This document shows, in pieces, positions 8,756-18,226 of a DNA stretch of 64,000 bases. A program made the position numbers and the translations under genes. The notes below the pieces were generated by a model. The model did not search any database. It worked only from the letters and a program-made list of their open reading frames with translations, and had not been told where the DNA came from. Location: the NCBI GenBank assembly GCA_016870395.1, contig VGBT01000002.1, positions 69,680 to 133,679 of the forward strand, read 5' to 3'. How positions within the stretch are numbered: the first letter of the stretch is position 1; every line of letters starts with the position of its first letter. The stretch is from Actinomycetota bacterium. GTDB lineage: Bacteria > Actinomycetota > Acidimicrobiia > IMCC26256 > JAENVU01.

Positions 8756-9589
8756 ATGTCCGACGGCATGACGCTTGTGCTGGTGCTCGTCGCGGGCTTC
8801 TTCACCGGGGTGCTCTCCGGCATGTTCGGGGTCGGTGGAGCCATCGTCTCGACCCCCGCCATCCGCGCCCTCGGCGCACCGCCGCTCGTCGCTGTCGGCA
8901 GCACGCTGCCCTCCATCGTCCCGTCGTCGATCAGCGGCGCGCTGCGCTATCACCGCGACGGCTACGTCGACTGGCGGGTGGTCGCCTGGACCGGGTGCAC
9001 GGGGGGCACGTTCGCGGTGCTCGGTGCGCTCGCGGCAACCGAGGTCCCGGGCGACGGGCACCTCCTGATGATCCTCACGGCCGGTCTCGTGGGCTTCACC
9101 GCGTTCCGGATGACGCGCTCGCCCTCGCGGCCCGACCCGGCCGACGCGGAGGAGCTCCCGCCCTCCCTCGACCCGGACCTCGCCGGCATCCCCACCCCGG
9201 TCGGACGGGCCCACACCGAGTGGTGGCGCCTCGCGCTCATCGGGCTCGGCGCGGGGCTTCTGAGCGGCCTGCTCGGCATCGGCGGCGGCCTGCTCATGGT
9301 GCCGGCGTTCACGGCGTGGGTGAACCTCGACATCAAGGCGGCAATCGGCACCTCGCTCGCGTGTGTTGGGATCCTCGCGATCCCCGGGATGATCACCCAT
9401 CAGCTGCAGGGCAACATCGACTGGTTCTACGCGCTGCCGCTCAGCATCGCGGTCATCCCCGGCGCGCGCCTCGGCGCGCATCTCGCGATTCGGGCGTCGG
9501 ACCGCGGTCTGCGTCTCACCGTCGCGACGATCCTCGGCGGCATCGCCGTCCTCTACGCCGTCGGCGAGGTCGTCGCCCTCATCACCTGA
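8756..9589 (+). CDS. TSUP-family membrane transporter (TauE/SafE sulfite exporter family)
   Basis: 277 aa and polytopic, with an internal duplication. The motifs GVLSGMFGVGGAIV and GLLSGLLGIGGGLLMVP are typical of TauE/SafE. Confidence 0.85.
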   Translation: MSDGMTLVLVLVAGFFTGVLSGMFGVGGAIVSTPAIRALGAPPLVAVGSTLPSIVPSSISGALRYHRDGYVDWRVVAWTGCTGGTFAVLGALAATEVPGDGHLLMILTAGLVGFTAFRMTRSPSRPDPADAEELPPSLDPDLAGIPTPVGRAHTEWWRLALIGLGAGLLSGLLGIGGGLLMVPAFTAWVNLDIKAAIGTSLACVGILAIPGMITHQLQGNIDWFYALPLSIAVIPGARLGAHLAIRASDRGLRLTVATILGGIAVLYAVGEVVALIT

Positions 9590-9602
9590 CCTCTCCTCCC
9601 GG

Positions 9603-9652
9603 AACTGTCGCGGCTATCTCGTGCCCCAGCGTGAGATACACGCGACAGTTTT
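9603..9652. terminator. Hairpin between convergent genes (putative bidirectional / intrinsic terminator)
   Basis: AACTGTCGCG (9603-9612) pairs with CGCGACAGTT (9641-9650). An inner pair TATCTC (9615-9620) / GAGATA (9633-9638) is also present. A TTTT run follows on the + strand, 14 nt after the TauE-family stop. Confidence 0.55.
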
Positions 9653-10337
9653 AGGCGGATGTGAGCTGACGGGCCCGGGTGAACACCTCGTCGAGCATCG
9701 CCTCGGTGAGCCGCCCGGTGAACGTGTTCTGCTGGCTCGGGTGGAAGCAGCAAAGGATCGTCGTTCGCGGTGTGCTCACCTCCGCCCCGTGACCGAACGC
9801 CGGACGTCTCCGTGGGAGCTCGACGCCACCGTCACCCAGCACCTTCCACACCGCCTGGTACGCGAACGCGCCCAGCGCCACGATGACCCGCGCCCGATCC
9901 AGGAGCGCGACCTCGCGCGCGAGGAACGGCAGGCACCGGTCGCGCTCGTCGCGCGTCGGCTTGTTCGCCGGAGGCGCGCAGCGCACCGCGGCCGCGACGT
10001 AGGCGCCTTGCAGCATCAGGCCGTCGTCGAGCTCGGTCGACCGAGGCTGGTTCGCGAATCCGGTCCGGTACAGCGACGCGAACAGCCAATCCCCCGAGCG
10101 ATCGCCGGTGAACACGCGTCCGGTCCGGTTCCCGCCGTGGGCCGCAGGCGCGAGCCCGGCAACGAGCACCACCGCCTCGGGATCCCCGAATCCGGGCACC
10201 GGCCGTCCCCAGTACCGCTGGTCGCGGAACGCCGCTCGCTTCTCTCGCGCAACCTCCTCGCGCCAGGCCACGAGGCGCGGGCAGGCGCGACAGTCGACAA
10301 TCTCGGTTCTGAGCCGAGCCAGGGAGTCTCGAGGCAT
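9651..10337 (-). CDS. udgB: Uracil-DNA glycosylase, family 5 (UdgB-type)
   Basis: Starting at the internal ATG 10337 (MPRDSLARL...), the protein has the C..C cluster region (DCRACPRL), motif A GLAPAAHGGNRTGRVFTGDRSG and a C-terminal HPSQQN. The upstream 160 codons of the track ORF are low-complexity shadow sequence. Confidence 0.8.
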   Translation of the reverse strand: MPRDSLARLRTEIVDCRACPRLVAWREEVAREKRAAFRDQRYWGRPVPGFGDPEAVVLVAGLAPAAHGGNRTGRVFTGDRSGDWLFASLYRTGFANQPRSTELDDGLMLQGAYVAAAVRCAPPANKPTRDERDRCLPFLAREVALLDRARVIVALGAFAYQAVWKVLGDGGVELPRRRPAFGHGAEVSTPRTTILCCFHPSQQNTFTGRLTEAMLDEVFTRARQLTSA

Positions 10338-11271
10338 GCCCGCTATCTTGCACGCCGTGCGGGTGGTGCTCATCGTCAACGCCACCGCGTCGAGCTTCAC
10401 CGCGCGGCGTCGGGTTGTGATCCAGCGAGCACTGAGTGCCGGACACGACCTCGAGGTGGTCGAGACCGGCCGCCGGGGGCACGCGGCGCGCATCGCCCGC
10501 GGCGCGGCCAAGCAAGGTGTCGACGTCGTCGCCGTCCTCGCAGGCGACGGCACCCTCAACGAGGCCGCGGATGGGCTCGTCGGCACCCAGACCGCGCTCG
10601 CTCCCCTGCCCGGCGGGTCCACGAACGTGTACGTCCGCACCATCGGCATCGCGAGCGACCCGGTCGACGCGACCGCGCAGCTCCTCGGCTCGCTCGAGCG
10701 ACGCACGATCAAACGTATCGGGCTCGGACGCGTGAACGACCGACACTTCCTGTTCCACACGGGCGTCGGCTTCGATGCCGCCGTCGTCGAGCAGGTGGAG
10801 CGCCGCGCCGCGTTCAAGCGCTACGCGGCGCACCCGATCTTCGTGGTCGCCGCGTTCGACACCTGGCTTCGCACCTACGACCACTCGCACGGTCGCTTCA
10901 CCGTCACGCTCGGAGACGGCGAGGTGATCGAGGGTGGAACGCTCGCGATCCTCTCGAAGACGAGCCCGTACACGTTCCTCGGCAACACCCCGCTCGTCGT
11001 CGCTCCGGAGGCCGACCTCAACTCGACCCTCTCGATCACCGTCGTCAAGGCACGCCACGCGCCCGCGATCCTCAGCCTCGCTGCCGCGGCGTTTCTCTCC
11101 CCCAGAGCCCTACGCCGCCACCGCGACGTCGAACACCGCACCGACGTGGTGCGCGCGACGATCACCGGCGAAGCGGAGTTCCCGTACCAGGTGGACGGCG
11201 ACTACCTGGGCGACGTGACCCTCCTCGACGTGGCCTACGTCCCCGACGCGCTCAACCTCGTGATTCCCTGA
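10336..11271 (+). CDS. Diacylglycerol/lipid kinase family protein (DAGK catalytic domain)
   Basis: From ATG 10336 the protein reads MPAILHAVRVVLIVNATASS... and contains VAVLAGDGTLNEA and the PLPGGSTNV (GGT/S-N) motif. The track ORF's first 76 codons overlap udgB antisense. Confidence 0.8.
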   Translation: MPAILHAVRVVLIVNATASSFTARRRVVIQRALSAGHDLEVVETGRRGHAARIARGAAKQGVDVVAVLAGDGTLNEAADGLVGTQTALAPLPGGSTNVYVRTIGIASDPVDATAQLLGSLERRTIKRIGLGRVNDRHFLFHTGVGFDAAVVEQVERRAAFKRYAAHPIFVVAAFDTWLRTYDHSHGRFTVTLGDGEVIEGGTLAILSKTSPYTFLGNTPLVVAPEADLNSTLSITVVKARHAPAILSLAAAAFLSPRALRRHRDVEHRTDVVRATITGEAEFPYQVDGDYLGDVTLLDVAYVPDALNLVIP

Positions 11272-11289
11272 CGCGATCCGGTGGGAAAG

Positions 11290-12024
11290 CTACCCGAGGA
11301 TGCCCAACGCCACGTCAGGAAGATCGGTCATGATCGTGTTGACACCGGCCGCGGCGAGTCGAGCGATGTCGTCCTCGCCGTTGACCGTCCACACGTTCAC
11401 GTCGAGTCCGCGCTCGTGGGCCCGCCGCACAGCCGTGCTCGCCGCCTCGACGGCCAGCACCCCGAAGAACGGGTGGATCGCCCGATGGCCGTGCGCCGCC
11501 GCGACCTCGGCCCCTTCGAGCACCGTCGGCTCGAGGACGAACAGGTAGCCGGTGGCGAGATCGGGGTCGAGGGCGTGGACCCGGTCGATCGTCGGCAGGT
11601 GAAACGACGAGACCAGCACGGTCGCGTACAGGCCGCCCGCCCGGACCAGCTCGACGACGGCCGCGGCCACGCGCTCCTCGGGATCGAAGTCCGCGTCAGC
11701 GGGCGAGTTCTTGATCTCGACGTTGACGAGCATCCCGGTGCAGGCCTCGAAGACCTCCTCGAGGGTCGGCACGAACGGGAGCGCGACGCGGATCTCGGCG
11801 AGCGAGTGCTCGGCGAGGACTCCCAAGCCCTCTGCGGCCGCGTCGTGATGCACGACGAGCGCCCCGTCGCTGGTGGCGCGCACATCGAGCTCGACGCCGT
11901 CGGCGCCCAGCTCGCGCGCCGCGACGAAGGCCTCGAGCGTGTTCTCGCGCGCCAGCCGCGGTGCCCCACGATGCCCGAGGACGAGAGGGCGTCCAACCGG
12001 GTGGACGAAGGCGGACGGCGACAT
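11290..12024 (-). CDS. Glycerophosphodiester phosphodiesterase (GDPD family)
   Basis: The N-terminus LVLGHRGAPRLARENTLEAF...GADGVELDVRATSDGALVVHHD carries the GDPD catalytic signature. Confidence 0.85.
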   Translation of the reverse strand: MSPSAFVHPVGRPLVLGHRGAPRLARENTLEAFVAARELGADGVELDVRATSDGALVVHHDAAAEGLGVLAEHSLAEIRVALPFVPTLEEVFEACTGMLVNVEIKNSPADADFDPEERVAAAVVELVRAGGLYATVLVSSFHLPTIDRVHALDPDLATGYLFVLEPTVLEGAEVAAAHGHRAIHPFFGVLAVEAASTAVRRAHERGLDVNVWTVNGEDDIARLAAAGVNTIMTDLPDVALGILG

Positions 12025-12144
12025 GACGGCAGCGTAGGCGCCCGCCGTCCGATGCAGAAGGGCAGGTCAGAGCCCTTGCAACCGGTTCTACCTCGACCGT
12101 AGGGTGGTCATCACGCCCCGAGGCGCCCGGCGCCCGGGGACGCT

Positions 12145-12160
12145 TGTGAGCGTGCGCACG
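12145..12160 (+). promoter_or_regulatory. CRP/FNR-like half-palindromic site upstream of whiB
   Basis: TGTGA-gcgtgc-GCACG lies 45-60 nt upstream of the whiB GTG. It matches the left half of TGTGA-N6-TCACA perfectly and 3 of 5 positions in the right half. This is a guess from pattern only. Confidence 0.3.
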
Positions 12161-12204
12161 AGCTTCTCCCGAGCCGCACGAAAGAGACCGAAAGGCAGTC
12201 GAGC

Positions 12205-12492
12205 GTGGCGCTCACCTGGATCCGGACCCACGATTGGGACGCCGACGAGTGGCGCGCCCGCTCCCTGTGTCGCGACTCCAACGCGGAGCTCTTCTTCCCC
12301 ATCGGCGCCACCGGGCTCGCGCTCGACCAGATCGAGGCAGCGAAGGAGATCTGTGCGGTTTGCCCGGTGAACCCGGAGTGCCTGGAGTTCGCGCTGGCAA
12401 CCAACCAGGAGGCTGGGGTCTGGGGCGGAACGACCGAGGAGGAGCGCCGCAAGCTCCGCAAGGGCTGGCTCGCCAGGCAACGAGCTTCGTAG
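12205..12492 (+). CDS. whiB1: WhiB-family Fe-S transcriptional regulator (WhiB1-like)
   Basis: Four Cys are arranged C-x(n)-C-x2-C-x5-C (SLCRD...ICAVCPVNPEC). The GVWGG turn and a basic tail are present. The gene lies next to a convergent PdtaS-like kinase, as whiB1 (Rv3219) lies next to pdtaS (Rv3220c) in M. tuberculosis. Confidence 0.8.
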   Translation: MALTWIRTHDWDADEWRARSLCRDSNAELFFPIGATGLALDQIEAAKEICAVCPVNPECLEFALATNQEAGVWGGTTEEERRKLRKGWLARQRAS

Positions 12493-12505
12493 CCGAAGGC
12501 GAGGA

Positions 12506-13990
12506 TCAGCTCGGGGGTTCGACCACCTGGGTGGCGGCCGTCTCGGCCAGCGGGATCCCGAGGTGCACGTGGGTTCCCCGGCCGGTGCCGGTGATGTCGA
12601 TCGTACCGCCCAGCTCACCGGTCACGAGGGCCTGCACGATCGAGAGCCCGAGGCTCGACGTCTCCCCGAGCACGAAGTTCTCGGGGAGCCCTGCGCCGTC
12701 GTCGACCACGTCCACGAGCAGCTCGCCCGACCGGCGGCAGAGGCGCACCTGCACCGTCCCGTGCACATCGCCCCCGTCAGGGTAGGCATGGTCCACTGCG
12801 TTCTGCATGAGCTCGTTCAGCACGACAGCCAGCGACGTCGCGACCTCCCCGGGTACCTCGCCGGCGTCGCCCTCGACCTCGAAGTGAAGCCCGCCCTCCT
12901 CGGTCGCGACGGTCTCTTCGACGATCCGTACGAGCGGCTTCACCACCGAGCTGAAGTCGACCGCCTCTCGCGCCTCGCGTGAGAGCGTCTCGTGGACGAT
13001 CGCGATCGAGCGGATCCGTCGTTCCGACTCCGCGATCGCCTGGCGCGCTTCGGGCGAGTCGAGCCGACGCCCTTGCAGGCGCAGCAGCGACGCGATCGTC
13101 TGGAGGTTGTTCTTCACCCGGTGGTGGACCTCGCGGATCGTCGCGTCCTTCGACATGAGCATCCGGTCGCGCCGCCGGAGGTCCGTGACATCGCGCAACA
13201 GGACGAGAGCGCCGGCCGGGCGCCGATCCTCGAGCAGCGGGATCACTCGCACGAGAACCGAAGCGTCCTCTCGCTCGATCTCCTCGATCACCGGGATGCG
13301 ACCGCGCACCGCCGCGTCGACCGCGCTCTCGTCGAACCCGATCTCGGCGAGGCCCACGCCCGAGGTGTACGCGTGGATGCCCATGCGGTGCAGCGAGCTC
13401 ACCGCATTGGGGCTCGCGTACCGGATGCGGGAGTCGCGGTCGAGCAACACCACCCCGTCGCCGACGCGGGGCGCGCCCTCGAGCTCGACCTCTTCCCGGG
13501 CAAACGGGAACGTCCCCTCCACCACCATGTGCGCGAGCCCGTCGAAGCTCTCCAGATAGAAGCGCTCGAGCTCTCCGGGTCGGCGGACCGAGGTGATCGG
13601 CGCCTCGCGGGTGAGCAGCGCGACGATCCGGCCACGATGCCGAACGGGAATGCAGTGGAGTCGTACGCGGTCCTTGCTCCCGAGCACTGGGGCCTCGCCC
13701 TCGGTGAGCTCGGCCCGCTTCCAGGCCCGGGTGACGAGCGGTCGCTCCACCTCCGTGACCACCTGGCCCACGAGGTCTGTGACGTAGATCGTCTGGCCGG
13801 TCGTGGGCCGGACCTGGGCCAGCACCACGAAGCGGCCGCCCTCCTCGTTGGCGATCGGCGCGAGGAGCAGGAGATCCGAGAACGAGAGGTCGGCGAGGAG
13901 TCGCCACGACAGCGCCAGGCGCTGGAGGTGCCACAGCGCGTCGCCCCGGACCTCGGTGTGGAGCAGCGCAAGCTCTTCGAGCGTCGCCAT
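12506..13990 (-). CDS. pdtaS: Sensor histidine kinase, PdtaS-like (GAF-PAS-HisKA_2/HATPase)
   Basis: 494 aa. It is collinear with my recollection of Rv3220c: LLADLSFSDLLLL, EGTFP, ...LLRDVTDLRRRDRMLMSKDATIREVHHRVKNNLQTIASLLRLQ..., and HATPase motifs ELMQNAVDHA and DDGAGLP. Confidence 0.8.
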   Translation of the reverse strand: MATLEELALLHTEVRGDALWHLQRLALSWRLLADLSFSDLLLLAPIANEEGGRFVVLAQVRPTTGQTIYVTDLVGQVVTEVERPLVTRAWKRAELTEGEAPVLGSKDRVRLHCIPVRHRGRIVALLTREAPITSVRRPGELERFYLESFDGLAHMVVEGTFPFAREEVELEGAPRVGDGVVLLDRDSRIRYASPNAVSSLHRMGIHAYTSGVGLAEIGFDESAVDAAVRGRIPVIEEIEREDASVLVRVIPLLEDRRPAGALVLLRDVTDLRRRDRMLMSKDATIREVHHRVKNNLQTIASLLRLQGRRLDSPEARQAIAESERRIRSIAIVHETLSREAREAVDFSSVVKPLVRIVEETVATEEGGLHFEVEGDAGEVPGEVATSLAVVLNELMQNAVDHAYPDGGDVHGTVQVRLCRRSGELLVDVVDDGAGLPENFVLGETSSLGLSIVQALVTGELGGTIDITGTGRGTHVHLGIPLAETAATQVVEPPS

Positions 13991-13999
13991 CGGGCCAGG

Positions 14000-15178
14000 C
14001 TAGGCCGGGAACAGGAACGCGGCGACGCGAGCGAGCCCCTCGACATCGGCGATGTCGGACGTGAACGCCGGCACGTCGACCACGACCTCGGAACCGCCCA
14101 CCAGCTCGGAGCGCAGCTCGGACTCGCGCCTCGCAACGACCGAGAAGTTCCGGAACGACTCGCCCATCGTGACGAGCACGCGCGCGTCGCGATTTGGGTC
14201 GGCCAGCGCGTCGACCCCCATGGCCGCGAGCGCGCCGCCCAGGTCAGCTGCCCGGGTGCAAAGCGTCGTTGCCGCCTGATCACCCTCAACCGAGAGCAGG
14301 TACGGGGGTAGCACCTTGTTGAGCACCAGCGCACCGAGGTGAAATCGACGCTTCACGAGCTCCTCGCAGAACAGCTCTCCTTCGCGCAGCGGGGATTCCT
14401 CGAGTGTGGTCACGACCGCGAACGTCGTGCGCTTGTCGTGAAGCAGCCGCTCGACCGCCCGGGCGCGCTCGACAAAGCCGTCGTACATTGCCTGGAAGTT
14501 GAGAAAGAACTCGGCGATGTCCTGGAGGAATTGGCTGCCGAGCAATCGATCGGCCATCTGGTAGAAGGGCCTGCTCGCCATGTTGAGCACCCGCGCGCCG
14601 CGCCTACCACCCATGCGGTAGGGCATGGTGAGCCAGCGCAGCAACCGCCCACTGAAGAAGTCGGCCATGCGCGACGGCGCGTCGAAGAAGTCGAGCGCGT
14701 TGCGCGTGGGCGGGGTGTCGATGACGATGAGGTCGTACCGCCCGGTCTCGTGGATCTCGAAGAGGCGCTCCATCGCGATGTAGTCGTGGCTCTGGACGAA
14801 GCGGGCCGTGAGGTTGTGATATAGGCGGTTGTCGAGGATGCGGTACGCCGTCTCCTCGTCGGGGGCGTGACGCATCACCAGCGCGTCCCAGCTCTGCTTG
14901 GTGTCGAGCATCGCGGCGTAGCACTCCCCGCGCGGCTCGAGTCCGGCGGCCAGGAAGGCCTCCGGTGGCACGCGGCGCTCCACGTTGCCGATGCCCTCCA
15001 ACCCGAGCGCGTCCGCCAGTCGGCGCGCCGGGTCGATGGTGAGCACCAGCACCTTGCCCCCGAGGCGCGCCGTGGCACCCAGCGCCGCGGCGGCCGCGAC
15101 CGAGGTCTTGCCCACCCCGCCCGACCCACAGAAGACCACGATCTCCTTGGCCGCGAACAGCGATTCGAGACCGGTCAC
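14000..15178 (-). CDS. ArsA/Get3-family ATPase
   Basis: The deviant Walker A is FCGSGGVGKTSVAAA, followed by TIDPARRL. GTG 15178 overlaps the stop of the upstream paralog (GTGA). Confidence 0.8.
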   Translation of the reverse strand: MTGLESLFAAKEIVVFCGSGGVGKTSVAAAAALGATARLGGKVLVLTIDPARRLADALGLEGIGNVERRVPPEAFLAAGLEPRGECYAAMLDTKQSWDALVMRHAPDEETAYRILDNRLYHNLTARFVQSHDYIAMERLFEIHETGRYDLIVIDTPPTRNALDFFDAPSRMADFFSGRLLRWLTMPYRMGGRRGARVLNMASRPFYQMADRLLGSQFLQDIAEFFLNFQAMYDGFVERARAVERLLHDKRTTFAVVTTLEESPLREGELFCEELVKRRFHLGALVLNKVLPPYLLSVEGDQAATTLCTRAADLGGALAAMGVDALADPNRDARVLVTMGESFRNFSVVARRESELRSELVGGSEVVVDVPAFTSDIADVEGLARVAAFLFPA

Positions 15179-16140
15179 AGACCCAGCTCCTCGCCCAACG
15201 CCTCGGCGACCATGCGCGTCTCACGCAGGCCGTGCGAGCGTGAGAACAGGTATGGCACGTAGAGCATCGGCAGATCGACCGACTCGCGTAGCCAGCTGAG
15301 GTGCACGGCGCGGGTCCGGCGCAGCGAGACCGCGAGCCGGGCCCCGTCGAGCACGGCACTCACCCCGGCGCCGGCCGCCTCGCGCAGCACCGCTTCCGGG
15401 GCCGGCTCGTGGAAAGCCTCGAAGGCCGCTTCGTCCGCGTGCGTGAACAGCTCGGGGAGGACCCGGTTCACGATCACGGCGCCGAACGGCACATCGAGCT
15501 CCTCGCGCGCCCGTTCGACGAGCTCGATGGTCTCCGCGACCGGCATCTCCTCGGGCGTCGCCACGACGTTGAGCGCCGTGACGGCAGGATCGACGAGGAG
15601 GTCGGTCATCCACTCGGTCTGGGCGCGCACGGGACCGACCGACACCATCTCCCGGATCGCATCCGGGGCACCGAGCTGCGCGATCACGTGGCCGGTGGCC
15701 GCGGCGTCGACCACGACGAGGTCCCAGTCGGCGCGGCCTTCGATCGACTCGCGGACCTCCCAACAGACCTTTCCGATCGTCAGGACCTCCTTCACGCCGG
15801 GTGCCGCGGTCGCGACGAACTCAAGGGCCTTCCCAAGCGGTCCGATACGACCCACGATCGGCACGCGCAGGTTGAGCTTCAGGTACTCCTTGAGGCTGGC
15901 CTCGGTGTCCATCGAGAGCACGAAGACCCCGGGGTGCACCTCCCGGGGGGTGAATCCGACTGCATCGGCCTCGAAGCGCTCCGCGATCGACCCCTTCGCG
16001 TCGACCTCCACCACGAGCACGCGGCGCCCGTGGTCGGCGGCGAGCAGCGCAGTCGCGGCCGCGACGGTGCTCTTTCCGACGCCTCCCTTGCCGGTGAAGA
16101 AGAGGAGGCGCCGCCCGAGGAGGTCGGGCGCGCGCATCAC
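15175..16140 (-). CDS. ArsA/Get3-family ATPase (paralog, first of pair)
   Basis: The P-loop FFTGKGGVGKSTVAAA and the VVVDAAATGH motif are present. Such pairs are conserved in actinobacteria (I recall the Rv3679/Rv3680 type). Confidence 0.8.
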   Translation of the reverse strand: MMRAPDLLGRRLLFFTGKGGVGKSTVAAATALLAADHGRRVLVVEVDAKGSIAERFEADAVGFTPREVHPGVFVLSMDTEASLKEYLKLNLRVPIVGRIGPLGKALEFVATAAPGVKEVLTIGKVCWEVRESIEGRADWDLVVVDAAATGHVIAQLGAPDAIREMVSVGPVRAQTEWMTDLLVDPAVTALNVVATPEEMPVAETIELVERAREELDVPFGAVIVNRVLPELFTHADEAAFEAFHEPAPEAVLREAAGAGVSAVLDGARLAVSLRRTRAVHLSWLRESVDLPMLYVPYLFSRSHGLRETRMVAEALGEELGL

Positions 16141-16152
16141 GACAGGATCGGG

Positions 16153-16380
16153 CTACCGACCGAAGCCGACTCGCCGGCCTTCGTCGTCGGCCGCCACCTC
16201 GACGTAGGCGATCTTGTCGACCGGGATGCCGATCCGACGGTCCTTGTCGTCGTGCAACCAGAGGATGGGGGCGCCGTCGGCGAGCGCCTTCTCGACGTGC
16301 GCGACGATCTGCTCGGGGGCACCGTCGAGCTCGAGGGTCAGCTCCTTGGGGGAGTAGACGACGCCGATCCTGACTTCCAT
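16153..16380 (-). CDS. DUF3107-family small protein
   Basis: From ATG 16380 the protein reads MEVRIGVVYSPKELTLELDG...DKIAYVEVAADDEGRRVGFGR (75 aa), which matches my memory of DUF3107 proteins. The track ORF's extra 28 N-terminal codons are unlikely to be translated. Confidence 0.65.
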   Translation of the reverse strand: MEVRIGVVYSPKELTLELDGAPEQIVAHVEKALADGAPILWLHDDKDRRIGIPVDKIAYVEVAADDEGRRVGFGR

Positions 16381-16445
16381 GCGCGCGCTTCCTCCGGTGG
16401 TCGGGACTCGGGTGGGCATCGTAACCGGAAGCCCGGCGGCCCCGG

Positions 16446-18118
16446 TCACCCGGACGCGGCGCACCCCCCGACGACGTAGCGCACCGCGGCGTCGAACAGC
16501 GCGCCCCAGTTAGCAGTGAACGCCGTCGGCGACGTCGTGCCGGCCGGGAACCCGAGCCGGCAGGCCGGAGCGAGTGTCCCCCCTACCATCGGCGCCCCGG
16601 ACTCGTACACGAAGAGGCCAAGGCGCCCCGCGACGGTCGCCACAGTGCTCGCACCGCTCGCGGGCACACCGAACGCGACCGTCTGGGCGGATGCATACGC
16701 GGTGACCGCACCCGTGAGGCCCGCGGCGAGCGGGTGAGCCGGGGCGGTGACGGTGACGGTCGCCGTCGAGACGCTGCCGTAGTCGACGTTCGCGGTGGAA
16801 CCGGTCATCCGCATGTCGTCGTAGAGCCAGGGCTTCCACATCATCACGGGAACCGCGACGTCGCGCAGGCGCGAACCCAGGCTGGTGGAGACGGAGGCGG
16901 CGACGAGCACCGCGCTCGCCGTGGCCGCGTCGGCCGCCGTCACCGTGGAGTCGTCCGCCAACGTGACCGTGTAGCCGGCCGCGCTCAGCCGAGTACGCAC
17001 CGCGATCTCACCGGAGCTCAGCGCGCTCGGGTTCGCCACCACGAAGAGGACTTCGTCGTCAGAAGGTGGGGGCTCGCCGGTCCCGCCGTAGAGCGGGTCG
17101 GCGCCCATGGCCTTGAACGCGGCGAGCGCCTGGGGCGAGGTGTCGACCCACCAGTTGCACAGGGGCCAGTCCGAGTTGTTCGAGTTGCTGTGGAAGTAGA
17201 GGATGCCCCGGAACTGCTCCCACCCCGGTTGTGCGAACAGGGCCCGCGCGTCGGCGAACCACTGGGCCTTCCGGTTCGGCTGGGCCAGGTCCTCCACCGA
17301 TGCCCACTCGGGGAGCCCACCTCCTCGTCCGGATACTGAGCGGCGAACCGCCGCAACGGGTCGACGATCTGCTGGAGCGACTTCCACGCGTTGGGGCTCG
17401 AGGGCCGGCATGTGTACCAGTTGTAGCTGTCGGCCCCGATGGCATCGACCCACGAAGCACCCGGGAACCACTTGGGCGCGTACCGACGGTCCGAGGTGCT
17501 CACCCAAAAGCTGTAGTCCGTCATGATCCAGAGGAACTTCGCGTTCGTGACGCCCTGCTCCCCGAAGATCGTGACCACGCGACGCCACGCGTTCTGGAAC
17601 TCCGTCGCCGTGCCGAGGCCGGTGCTGGACTCGGGCTCGTGGTGAAAAATGAAGTAGATCGGCACGCCGAAGTCCCGGATGCGCGTCGCCCAGCCGACGA
17701 TCTCGTTGTAGACGGTCTGGCCCGGTTGCGCGTTGGCGACGCTGCTCCAGGACACGCTCGTGCCGTTCGTGCGGCGCGGCTTCACCGACAGGAGCTGCAG
17801 GTGGCCGGTGGAGCGGAGCCACGTGTCGAAACTGTCGGGGAAGGGGTCGTTCCACAGCTTGAACACGCGCACCGCGGCCAGGGGTCGACCGAGCTCGGCT
17901 TCGAGTGCCTGTACGGCCTGCTGCAGCGACTGCCCCGAGCGCGGCTTCACCCGGGCGCCGAACACCAACGCATCGTTCGCGTCGGCGGCCGCCGCGACCT
18001 CGGGGCCGGCCTCCGTCCCGGTCGGTGCCCACGCACTCGTCGTCACGGCCAACGCCGCGAGCCCCATCGCGACCACACCCAGGAACCGTCGAAACCCTGG
18101 AACCGTCGAATCGGTCAC
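16446..18118 (-). pseudogene. Secreted GH26-like glycoside hydrolase with an unassigned C-terminal domain, interrupted by a 1-nt frameshift
   Basis: The N-terminal part (frame of ORF 17018-18118) has a Tat-like signal GFRRFLGV...AWAP and a GH26-like core ...IYFIFHHEPE.... It reads sensibly to ...FAAQYPDEE. Sensible text then continues in the frame of ORF 16446-18032 from GLPEWASVEDL... to the stop at 16446. The switch falls at a CCCC run (fwd GGGG 17310-17313). The total span is 1673 nt, which is 3n-1. Confidence 0.6.
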
Positions 18119-18226
18119 TCCCCCCTGCCGCCGAGCCGTGCCGGCATCGCCCTTGTCAATCCAGGCCGGTGCGGAGGATCGGGTAGGGCCACACGACCCG
18201 GCGACCGCCAGCCGAACGACCCGGAG

